From IMG/VR virus record IMGVR_UViG_3300027653_000026, positions 1 to 41,858 of that record: a stretch of DNA of 41,858 nt; one strand, written 5' to 3'. Origin of the DNA: a virus. Lineage: Duplodnaviria; Caudoviricetes. Position numbers and translations under genes: made by a program. Positions 33,814-41,858 of this stretch are shown here, in pieces. The notes below the pieces were generated by a model. It did not search any database. It had not been told where the DNA came from and saw only the letters and a program-made list of their open reading frames with translations. Positions within the stretch are counted from its first letter, which is position 1, and every line of letters starts with the position of its first letter.

Positions 33814-35337
33814 ATGTATGGATTTGTAGACACGACAGAAACAGCAACCAATCAAGGTATGTCGATCCAGACGGTCTACAACGGCATTAATCTTGATGAG
33901 GCGCTAACCGATGATGAGGGTAGTTTTACTACTCTCACGGTTGCGGGCCGTGGTAATTTGAACAGACGTATCAACTTAATAGACGTTGAAGGCCGTGACG
34001 GATCAATAGAGACAGGTAACACAACAACAGATATACGCACGCCAATTATAAAGTTTAAGATAACAGATAAAACAACAGCGGGATTCCGTGATCGCATTTC
34101 AAGACTTAAAGACATGGCACAAGGCAATAGATTAAAACTTGAATTTACAGACGAAGAGGTATTTTATTATGCCACACTAAGCGAATTAGAGATACCAGAA
34201 GAAGAATCGAACGACTTGGTATGTACGTTAACGTTTATCTGTTCAGATCCTTACGCATATTCAAACGTTGAGGAAACGGAGGATTTGACAGATATATCCA
34301 CAGTTAACAATGAGGGGAACGAGGCAGTAAGCCCTATATTCGAGTTGACAGCAATCAAGCCGGCAACATTTGCAATGGTCAGTAACTCCGCGGATGAATA
34401 CAACTTAGTGGGTTATCCAGTAGATGAAGATGGACATGAAGAAATAGTGGATATTAGGCCAAGCATCTTTTTTGAGGATGGGCGCACATTGGATGATTGG
34501 GCAACTACAGGCCTAAAGGTTGATGACTACTTTAACGACATCACAGGATCAATGACATATGACGGCGGAGGCATAAGGGCAGCGGTATACGGTTCTAGTG
34601 ATCGCATGCACGGGCCAGCAGTCATAAAAGAGCTGCCAACATCGCTACAAGACTTTGAGATAGTGACTAACATTGACATCATATCAGATCGAGTTGCTGA
34701 CAACTTTAGAGCCGAGATATACTTTTTTGATGAAAGCATGAATAACTTGGGTAAAATCGGAATCAAGGACAATAGCAGAAGCAGAATGAGGCGCGTAGGC
34801 ATGGGTCGTGCGGGTGAATACCGTGGGGGTGGATCAGGTGGCGGGTATGTAATAGGCGCTCACAACTACACACACGATGACTTAGGCACGACAACACTTA
34901 TGAATATGTCAGTAAAGCGCGAGGGTAATTTATACACCTTTTATGTAGCGAGGTGGAGAAATAACAGGCATCAAACAACCCTGACATCCACTTATAGAGA
35001 TTCAGCCGGAAGGTATGGGGGTAGATTAAAATATATTCAAATTTATCTAGGAAGCTTTAAAGATAGGACTGTACCACGGAGACTGCGGGTCAATAACGTA
35101 GAAGTGTTTGAACTCAAACGCTTAACAGTGGATCAAACGCCATATATTCTAAAAGCTGGCGATGTTGTTACGTTTGACCATGAAGCCGAGGAAATACTAA
35201 TCAATGGTGAGGACTCCATGCGACTGAAAGACTTTGGAGCAGACTTCTTTAGATTACATTCAGGATATAACCAGTTAACAGTTAGCCCCGAAGATACATT
35301 CGAGACTTATTTGCGTTACACAAATAAATATAAATAG
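33814..35337 (+). CDS. Distal tail protein (Dit) with large internal insertion
   Basis: Follows TMP; V.GRDG, LEFTDE..FYYA, F.CSDPYAY, C-term INGE...FFRL..GYN. Confidence 0.85.
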   Translation: MYGFVDTTETATNQGMSIQTVYNGINLDEALTDDEGSFTTLTVAGRGNLNRRINLIDVEGRDGSIETGNTTTDIRTPIIKFKITDKTTAGFRDRISRLKDMAQGNRLKLEFTDEEVFYYATLSELEIPEEESNDLVCTLTFICSDPYAYSNVEETEDLTDISTVNNEGNEAVSPIFELTAIKPATFAMVSNSADEYNLVGYPVDEDGHEEIVDIRPSIFFEDGRTLDDWATTGLKVDDYFNDITGSMTYDGGGIRAAVYGSSDRMHGPAVIKELPTSLQDFEIVTNIDIISDRVADNFRAEIYFFDESMNNLGKIGIKDNSRSRMRRVGMGRAGEYRGGGSGGGYVIGAHNYTHDDLGTTTLMNMSVKREGNLYTFYVARWRNNRHQTTLTSTYRDSAGRYGGRLKYIQIYLGSFKDRTVPRRLRVNNVEVFELKRLTVDQTPYILKAGDVVTFDHEAEEILINGEDSMRLKDFGADFFRLHSGYNQLTVSPEDTFETYLRYTNKYK

Positions 35338-35349
35338 GGAGGCGAGAGC

Positions 35350-35616
35350 ATGCCGTTAAACACAGACATGAAATTTAAACTAATAATGATCGACAATGCT
35401 TTAGTTCCCGCAGTATTGCCTCAAATCTGGAGCGAACAAGAAGAAGACTGGATTGTAACAGGTGAAGATAACCCTGTTATTACAAACTTAAAAGAAATGG
35501 ATGAGTATACCCAACTACTAAAAACAGCAGACACTAATAGTGGTGAGGCATTGGATATATTGGAAAGTACAGTTGTGACGATGCAGAACCTCATAGACAA
35601 CTCAATAAGGGAGTGA
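35350..35616 (+). CDS. 88-aa protein, paralog of the N-terminus of the next gene
   Basis: LPQIWSEQEEDWIVTGEDNP vs LPIYWSEEEGKWIVLSENNP. Confidence 0.75.
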   Translation: MPLNTDMKFKLIMIDNALVPAVLPQIWSEQEEDWIVTGEDNPVITNLKEMDEYTQLLKTADTNSGEALDILESTVVTMQNLIDNSIRE

Positions 35617-35620
35617 TTAC

Positions 35621-36475
35621 TTGTCATATATGGATGTAGACCTAGACTATCAACTAATAGAAGTAGGAGGCGTAACAATCCCGGTATTCTTGCCTATATA
35701 TTGGTCAGAAGAAGAGGGCAAATGGATAGTGCTAAGCGAAAACAACCCCTTGCCGATAACAGTTAAAAACCATCAAGATTTTACTGATTTGATAGATAGC
35801 ATCATAAGCAATCAAGGCGGCACAATTGCAGCATTAAATACTTTGGCTTCTTTAGTTGACGAAATGTCTTTAATGGCAACGGGGCCACAAGGAGAGCAAG
35901 GAATTCAGGGTGAACAGGGGATACAGGGAGAACAAGGGATACAGGGAGAAACAGGAGAACAGGGAGTGCAAGGTGAGCCCGGCGAGGTCTCACAGGCCCA
36001 ACTCGATGAACATGTTAATGATAGTGTTGTCCACATAAATAGCAGTGAGCGCACTAAGTGGGACGGGTACAAGACGGCGATAGACCTTATTACCCACAAG
36101 TTAGAAAGTGACGTAGTCCAAGTTGTCGAATCGGGAGAAAACGGCAATGGCGCATATACAAAGTGGTCAGATGGAACGATGCAAGCATACACATCTATAA
36201 ATTTAGGGCCAACAACACTTGGCGGTAGTCATGGCAATGGCCCACCGAGAACCCCTAGTACAGGTTGGACATTTCCAGCAACTTTTAGCAGAAAACCGTC
36301 TATCCAATTAACGCATGCGTTGAATGACACTTCTTATACGGCGCGTGCTATGGTCGCTTTCTATCGTACAGCAGACGAAAGCGGAGTAAATAACATACAA
36401 GCAGCCAACCCGTTTGATGGCGAAACAGATCAAGATATAACAGTAGACGTTACCGCAATAGGTAGGTGGAGGTAA
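35621..36475 (+). CDS. Collagen-repeat tail fibre with gp53-like C-terminal domain
   Basis: GPQGEQGIQ repeats; SGENGNGAYTKWSDGTM...WTFPATF...AIGRWR. Confidence 0.8.
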   Translation: MSYMDVDLDYQLIEVGGVTIPVFLPIYWSEEEGKWIVLSENNPLPITVKNHQDFTDLIDSIISNQGGTIAALNTLASLVDEMSLMATGPQGEQGIQGEQGIQGEQGIQGETGEQGVQGEPGEVSQAQLDEHVNDSVVHINSSERTKWDGYKTAIDLITHKLESDVVQVVESGENGNGAYTKWSDGTMQAYTSINLGPTTLGGSHGNGPPRTPSTGWTFPATFSRKPSIQLTHALNDTSYTARAMVAFYRTADESGVNNIQAANPFDGETDQDITVDVTAIGRWR

Positions 36476-38716
36476 ATGTCGCTAACTCAAATAGCTAGTA
36501 TGTATACAGGGTCACCAACAGCGCTAGACTTGGGCAGATTAGAGGGCATCAAGTCAACGCTTGGTAACATTGTACACATAACAGACGGCAAAAATGACAC
36601 GATTCAGTCTATGATAACAGCTAAGAATTTCATAAGTAACAATCATCGGAAGTCGCTAAAAGATAATCTTGAAATATACGACTTTGAAGTATTGGGCGAA
36701 CAAGCCTATGACGAGTATTTGGTCAAAGGTAATCGTGTTTTGATCCCATCCGAAGATGACGGCCAACTCATCGAGTTTGTCATTGATGATGTGCACGATG
36801 GGCGGGGCGCTAACGGTAAAACAATTGAAGTCTTTACGTATGCGAGTTATTTAGATTTAAAGAAAGCTAGAATCATAGATGCTGAAACACACGTTGCACA
36901 CACAGCCACATTGTTAGCTAACAAAGCAGTAGAAGGCACAGACTTTGAAGTCGGGTTCGTTGATTCTGACAGAGAGATAACCGTTGGATTTGATGACTAT
37001 ACAGATCCGTACACGATGCTGAAGCGCATAGCCTTAGAGTTTGAACTAGAGTTAAATTTTAGGGCAGAACACAGCGGTAATAAAGTTGTTAAAAGATATG
37101 TTGATTTGGTTGATCGTGTGGGAGTGTGGAGAGGTCGAGAGGTAACGTTTGGTAAAGACTTGCAAGAAATTAAACGTATTGAGTCAGGAGACATATACAC
37201 GGCGTTACTAGGACTTGGCCCTGAAAAAGAAGACGGTAGCAGAGAAGAAGTATTTGTTGAGGATATAGACGCGCTCAATCGTTGGGGAAGACCCGACAGT
37301 AACGGCAACCCTCAACATTTAGTGGGAGTTTATGAGCCTACGAGTGATCGGGAGGACATGACAACCACACAGCTAAGACAATACACGCGAACAGAATTAA
37401 ACAAGCGCATTAATTCAACGGTTACCTATGAGGTAGCCTTTTTAGATTTGGAGCACATTCTAGGTCATGAAAACAAAAAGCTTAGATTTGGCGATACCAT
37501 ACGAATCAAAGACACACTCTATGACCCTCCTTTATACGTTGAGGCACGAATACATGAACAAGACCGGGATGTCATCACACAGGCCCGCAAAGAGGTTGTG
37601 CTAGGTGATTTTGTAGAATATACAGAAGATGAAGCCAAGGCAATGTTTACCTTGCTTAAAAATCAGTTAAAATTGCGCGTATCAGTCAATCAATTAAAAG
37701 AGTATGCAGAACCTAAAAGAATAGAGTCTGACACACCGCCAACAGGACGAAACGAGCATGTAATATGGGTTGACACAAGTCAGTTGCCGTATGTTGCCAA
37801 AGTATTTAACGGCGGTAAGTGGGAGAAATTAAGCCCGACAGAACCATCTGATATTGGTGCATATGATAAAACGGAAGTTGACCAAGCTGTAAAGGATGCT
37901 AAAGCCTATAGCGAAAACGCATCTAATATTACAGAGGGTGTCGTTGACGTTGGGCAAGTCCCTTTGAGAACATCCGTTACAGGTGCAAGGCTTGAATGGG
38001 ACGGCGCTAATGGGCTTGTACAGTATGATTCGACGGGTACGCCTGTTTCGTGGCTAGACTTAGAAGCCAATGCTCATTTTGCTAACGGCTTTTTCTCCGG
38101 TGAGATAAGGGCAGATAGGGGTTACTTTGGCGACAATCTATCACTCGAGGATGGAAAGATGAAAATAGTGCGTCCAGATGGCGCGATAACTATGGAGGAC
38201 GGGATGATCCAACAGGATTACGCCGTTAGCGGGTTCGATCCACCTTACATGACAAATGGGAGGGGACAGGGAGCAACTTTCAAAGCGTTCTTTGACATAA
38301 CAACATTTTGGGATACTCGAATGGTAGGGATGTTGGATGGGCGAGGGATTGAATCAGGAGACGATCAGTTTTTTGACGATGTAAGAGAATCATCTTATGG
38401 TTGGTCTGTAAGGTTTCAAAGATACGAATTCATACATTCGGCTAGATATTTAACTTTCGGTTACAGGGTAGCTGATTCGGCTGACGTGGGGTGGCACACA
38501 GTGAGGTTGTACGAGGGAACAACCCAATTATTAACCCAAACAGTTCCGGGAGGTCGGACAAATAACACTTACTTGCCTATGACGATAGATTTAGGCACAC
38601 CAACCTTTCAAAGAAGAGCTGTGGATTTGCGGATCGGGTGGACTTTATCTAACACTGATAAGAATAAGCATATTAGATTTAGATTAAACAGAGTGTTTTT
38701 AACAGACTTTATTTGA
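36476..38716 (+). CDS. Tail spike / Tal-like minor structural protein (allele B)
   Basis: GKDLQEIKR...YTALLGLG...FGDTIRIKD...VEARI...LGDF; variable C-terminus. Confidence 0.85.
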   Translation: MSLTQIASMYTGSPTALDLGRLEGIKSTLGNIVHITDGKNDTIQSMITAKNFISNNHRKSLKDNLEIYDFEVLGEQAYDEYLVKGNRVLIPSEDDGQLIEFVIDDVHDGRGANGKTIEVFTYASYLDLKKARIIDAETHVAHTATLLANKAVEGTDFEVGFVDSDREITVGFDDYTDPYTMLKRIALEFELELNFRAEHSGNKVVKRYVDLVDRVGVWRGREVTFGKDLQEIKRIESGDIYTALLGLGPEKEDGSREEVFVEDIDALNRWGRPDSNGNPQHLVGVYEPTSDREDMTTTQLRQYTRTELNKRINSTVTYEVAFLDLEHILGHENKKLRFGDTIRIKDTLYDPPLYVEARIHEQDRDVITQARKEVVLGDFVEYTEDEAKAMFTLLKNQLKLRVSVNQLKEYAEPKRIESDTPPTGRNEHVIWVDTSQLPYVAKVFNGGKWEKLSPTEPSDIGAYDKTEVDQAVKDAKAYSENASNITEGVVDVGQVPLRTSVTGARLEWDGANGLVQYDSTGTPVSWLDLEANAHFANGFFSGEIRADRGYFGDNLSLEDGKMKIVRPDGAITMEDGMIQQDYAVSGFDPPYMTNGRGQGATFKAFFDITTFWDTRMVGMLDGRGIESGDDQFFDDVRESSYGWSVRFQRYEFIHSARYLTFGYRVADSADVGWHTVRLYEGTTQLLTQTVPGGRTNNTYLPMTIDLGTPTFQRRAVDLRIGWTLSNTDKNKHIRFRLNRVFLTDFI

Positions 38717-38725
38717 GGTGATAAA

Positions 38726-39034
38726 ATGAATGAAGTGGAAACGTATGATACAAGACAACAGGGGACAATTAAGGTTTTCTTTAAAGTGGTTGAAGGTAGT
38801 GTGTCATCGGTCATTATAGGCAATCAAGCAGTATCAACAGAACGGGGTTATCAATTTTATATAAAGAGTCATGTAGCTGAACAGATTGATAAATGCGAGC
38901 TAGTGATTGACGGACTAACCCCGCGGCTAATAATTAAAGAAGGGGAAGTTATCCACGAGCCAGAAAAGACAGAAAAGGAACTTGAAATCGAGAGGTTGAA
39001 GCACGAATTAGAGCAACTAGAAAACGCTGATTAA
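38726..39034 (+). CDS. Small tail-associated hypothetical protein (allele B)
   Basis: Homolog of 192-494. Confidence 0.8.
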   Translation: MNEVETYDTRQQGTIKVFFKVVEGSVSSVIIGNQAVSTERGYQFYIKSHVAEQIDKCELVIDGLTPRLIIKEGEVIHEPEKTEKELEIERLKHELEQLENAD

Positions 39035-39067
39035 GGCGTATATTATATTAAATGGAGGTGTTAGAAA

Positions 39068-39202
39068 ATGAATATGATTAAATTGCTTTTCAAATTTTAT
39101 AAAGCGTTAAAAAATGTTGACGATAGTGGCGTGATAGTGATTAGGTTATCAAAGTCAGATAGTAAATACAAAATCAATCGCATGTACACGGAAGATAAAT
39201 AA
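39068..39202 (+). CDS. 44-aa basic hypothetical protein (copy 2)
   Basis: Identical to 528-662. Confidence 0.7.
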   Translation: MNMIKLLFKFYKALKNVDDSGVIVIRLSKSDSKYKINRMYTEDK

Positions 39203-39230
39203 GAAGTAAAGTTAGGGATGAAAAACTAGA

Positions 39231-39256
39231 AAACGCCGAGTAGGGCGTATTTTTTA
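39231..39256 (+). terminator. Probable intrinsic terminator (copy 2)
   Basis: acgcc-gagtag-ggcgt + T run. Confidence 0.6.
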
Positions 39257-39277
39257 TGTCAAAGAAGGGAGCAACTA

Positions 39278-40675
39278 ATGAATATAATTAATATCACCGC
39301 TGACACGAGAAAGAAAAGCACAATGCTTGTTCCAAATGTCGTGCAAAACGACTCACTCAATGTGTTTGTAGTCAAAATACAAGAGGATAGGCAAGACATC
39401 GAACTAGAGGACGGTATCGCATACACGCTCACAAATGAAGATGGCATTATTATCAAGGGCGATAAAACAGGGCCTAACGAAATAACATTTAATGTTCCCG
39501 GTAGCGTGCTAAAAGAAACAGGTGCGTTCTCGGCATCCATACAGTTGTACCATGAGGATGGGCGCATATCCACACTAGAGTTTGTCTATAATGTTGTGCG
39601 GGATCTAACAGGCGAGTTTATCCCGTCTGATCCCGAGAAAACGCTGATTGAAATTGTGTTAGTGGAAGGGCCTAAAGTTATCCAAGACGCTAAGGATGCC
39701 ACGGTTGATGCTAACGATGCAGCAGACAAAGCCAATCATTCGGCAGAAAACGCAGATCAGACTATGGCGGAAGTGGAGCAAGTGAAGAACGACACTGCCG
39801 AGGTAAGGGATACGACAGAGAGTGTCCGCGCTGCGACTGATTTAGTCCGACAAGAGACCGAGATTGTTAGGGATGCCACAGAAAGCGAGCGCATCGCAAC
39901 CGCCAAAGTTAGAGATGAAACGGTTGAAGTTAAAAATGATACTGATCAAGTTAGGCGAGACACGGTAATAGCTAAAGACGAAGCTACACAAGCAACAACG
40001 AACGCTGACGATGCCACAGTAAGGGCTAATGACGGAGCTAATCGCGCCAACACTGCATCCGGATTGATCGAGCCATTGCTAGTTGATGAACAAGTCAGGG
40101 TGTCAGACGCAGACGTACAGGCACAGCTCGCAACCCTAAACGCCACACAATCGCAGATTATCGAGGCTATGCAGACTAATAACGAGAATATGCTAGCTAT
40201 GCAGGAGAGGCTAGACGGCACTTTTGATACTAGGGTAACTGGGAGTAATGTGGAGTATCCGTTTGTTGATAATGACTATGAGGGTGGTGTAATCAAGACA
40301 AGGACAATGGGCTTGTCGTGGGAAGCGTTTAACATTTTTGGCACAGGCAATGTGTCTGTCCCCGCTGACTCTTACATCGATAGAGAGGCAGATGCCCTTA
40401 TGGTAAATGGTTTTAGTACATTGGGGGTCGTGATTAGGGATATAAAAGCATCGGGAAGGGGAAAGATCAGGCTGCAAGTTTATTGGCAAGGAACAAGTGG
40501 CAGGTTGAATACGCCGACAGCGGTTAGTGAGGAATTCGCTTATAATCCTACGGACAATACGGGTACAGGGCTAGCACTGTCGATACCTACTAAAAGCGAG
40601 TATGTTTCATTCCGTTTTTACAACGAAGAAAGCGAAGAGAAGGTTTTTTATGCGGTAGGCTTATTGAGGGCTTAA
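39278..40675 (+). CDS. BppU-like baseplate/fibre protein: N-terminal BppU domain, heptad coiled coil, C-terminal beta domain
   Basis: VQND...G...ASIQLY...RIST..F N-terminus; VKNDTAE/VRDTTES/VRAATDL/VRQETEI heptads. Confidence 0.7.
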   Translation: MNIINITADTRKKSTMLVPNVVQNDSLNVFVVKIQEDRQDIELEDGIAYTLTNEDGIIIKGDKTGPNEITFNVPGSVLKETGAFSASIQLYHEDGRISTLEFVYNVVRDLTGEFIPSDPEKTLIEIVLVEGPKVIQDAKDATVDANDAADKANHSAENADQTMAEVEQVKNDTAEVRDTTESVRAATDLVRQETEIVRDATESERIATAKVRDETVEVKNDTDQVRRDTVIAKDEATQATTNADDATVRANDGANRANTASGLIEPLLVDEQVRVSDADVQAQLATLNATQSQIIEAMQTNNENMLAMQERLDGTFDTRVTGSNVEYPFVDNDYEGGVIKTRTMGLSWEAFNIFGTGNVSVPADSYIDREADALMVNGFSTLGVVIRDIKASGRGKIRLQVYWQGTSGRLNTPTAVSEEFAYNPTDNTGTGLALSIPTKSEYVSFRFYNEESEEKVFYAVGLLRA

Positions 40676-40698
40676 ATATTTTACAGGGAGGCACAAGC

Positions 40699-40848
40699 AT
40701 GAGACGTGGATGTTTAAGGTGTTGGGCTTATTTTGATAAGGATACAGACGAAGAGACAATTAAGGCGATAAAGAATCATCAAGAAGATTGTACACGGGAA
40801 GAGCCTTACAGAGATGATCCAAACGCAGACGGATATGACGATTTTTAA
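40699..40848 (+). CDS. 49-aa protein with CxxC...HxxxC
   Basis: GGGAGG RBS; MRRGCLRCWAY...HQEDC. Confidence 0.6.
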   Translation: MRRGCLRCWAYFDKDTDEETIKAIKNHQEDCTREEPYRDDPNADGYDDF

Positions 40849-40958
40849 TACTCAACTAACTGTTATCTAATGCACAATAGTCACATTAATTTGTGGCTCT
40901 ATTTTTATGGGGAAATACGAGGGAGAAAATAATCTCCTTAATTACAGGAGGGTTAAAA

Positions 40959-41300
40959 GTGGGGGAACCATCTATGGAATTACTAGAAAACAACGTAAAG
41001 AACAATGTGGAAGATATACGAGAATTAAAAAAAAGAGCGGGCTATGTCGAGCGTGATGTTCACGATTTAAAAACTAATCAGCAAGTAGCAAGCCAAACAA
41101 TGCAACATGTCATGGATACGCTGAACAACTTAAAAGGTGATTTTAAGGCGCTAGACGAGGAAATAAAGAATAGCAACAAAAGGATATACGAAGACAATAT
41201 AGAGCAATTAAAGCAGTATAAAACAACTGTATGGGGTGTCGGTGGGACGATCATAGGCACACTTATCATTGCCATGATTGTTTTTGCGCTAAATATATAA
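40959..41300 (+). CDS. Coiled-coil + C-terminal TM lysis accessory (XhlA-like), allele B
   Basis: GTG after AGGAGG; same position and topology as 741-1013 but no clear sequence similarity. Confidence 0.65.
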   Translation: MGEPSMELLENNVKNNVEDIRELKKRAGYVERDVHDLKTNQQVASQTMQHVMDTLNNLKGDFKALDEEIKNSNKRIYEDNIEQLKQYKTTVWGVGGTIIGTLIIAMIVFALNI

Positions 41301-41313
41301 GGGGGTTTTATTA

Positions 41314-41574
41314 ATGGAAGAAATACTAATCTTAGCAACATCAATTGCGTTACTAGTCGGTGCAATCGTTGAGGTAGTAAAACGCGCAACTTTGGTTAAC
41401 GATCGTTTTTTACCAGTCGTTGCGTTATGCGTGGGAGTTTTAGTAGGCGCTGCAGCCGTGTTTTTAGATGCGGATATGACTATGCGGATGTGGGCGGGAG
41501 GTATAGCGGGTTTAATGTCGGTTGGAATATTTGAGACAGGTAAGAATATTAAGGAGGAAATCGATCATGGTTAA
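41314..41574 (+). CDS. Holin (allele B)
   Basis: Two I/V substitutions relative to 1016-1276. Confidence 0.85.
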   Translation: MEEILILATSIALLVGAIVEVVKRATLVNDRFLPVVALCVGVLVGAAAVFLDADMTMRMWAGGIAGLMSVGIFETGKNIKEEIDHG

Positions 41575-41858
41575 GATATATAAACGTAATTTAAGTTTTA
41601 ATGGCAGATTGACTCCACTGAATAAGTCGCGAGTAACCCGAATCGTACAACACCATATGGCACATAAGTCATGGCATCTTGATGATGTTCATAACTATCA
41701 TAAGAATGGTAATGGATGGGCGGGCATTGGGTATAATTACTGGATTGATTTTAAAGGTAACATCTATGCAGGTAGAGGAATGAACATTGGAGCACATGCC
41801 AGTGGTTACAACAGCACAACTATTGGAGTAGGTTATCAAGGTGACTTTACTGCTCAAA
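41567..41858 (+). CDS. Endolysin N-terminus (allele B, truncated by window end)
   Basis: Matches 1269-1560 with 6 substitutions, all before 41732. Confidence 0.9.
   Translation, partial: MVKIYKRNLSFNGRLTPLNKSRVTRIVQHHMAHKSWHLDDVHNYHKNGNGWAGIGYNYWIDFKGNIYAGRGMNIGAHASGYNSTTIGVGYQGDFTAQ

Larger units (their letters stand above)
1..41858. mobile_element. Temperate siphovirus genome (40,298-bp unit 1434-41731) plus a second allele of the tail-tip/lysis module at 1-1433
   Basis: Complete ordered modules from integrase to endolysin; lysin directly abuts integrase; 41732-41858 identical to 1434-1560. Confidence 0.95.

Noticed and set aside
35880-35990. Tandem 9/18-bp DNA repeats (also 30030-30210)
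   Set aside because: Explained by collagen Gly-X-Y coding

Overview
The window is essentially one complete temperate siphovirus of a low-GC Bacillota host (probably Bacillaceae; inference). Module order: lysis | attP-like junction | integrase | immunity switch | recombination/replication | accessory early ORFs | late activator | SPP1-like packaging and head | long non-contractile tail | lysis. The tail-tip/lysis module occurs twice as two different alleles (1-1560 and ~38540-41858). The last 127 bp are identical to 1434-1560, so the unit genome is 40,298 bp. The first ~1.4 kb is either an assembly branch from a co-occurring variant or a neighbouring tandem prophage. Most interesting signals: (i) a LexA box on a rightward promoter between int and a repressor with no evident autocleavage domain, driving a hairpin RNA/20-aa ORF convergent on the repressor, plus a 150-nt long-range stem just after cro; (ii) major capsid and major tail genes ending in the same 30-nt block (GGVEG-stop), each followed by a paralogous decoration gene; (iii) an integrase with an apparent ATC start; (iv) accessory cassettes bounded by short direct repeats. 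All family assignments come from motif recognition and synteny by eye; no searches were run.
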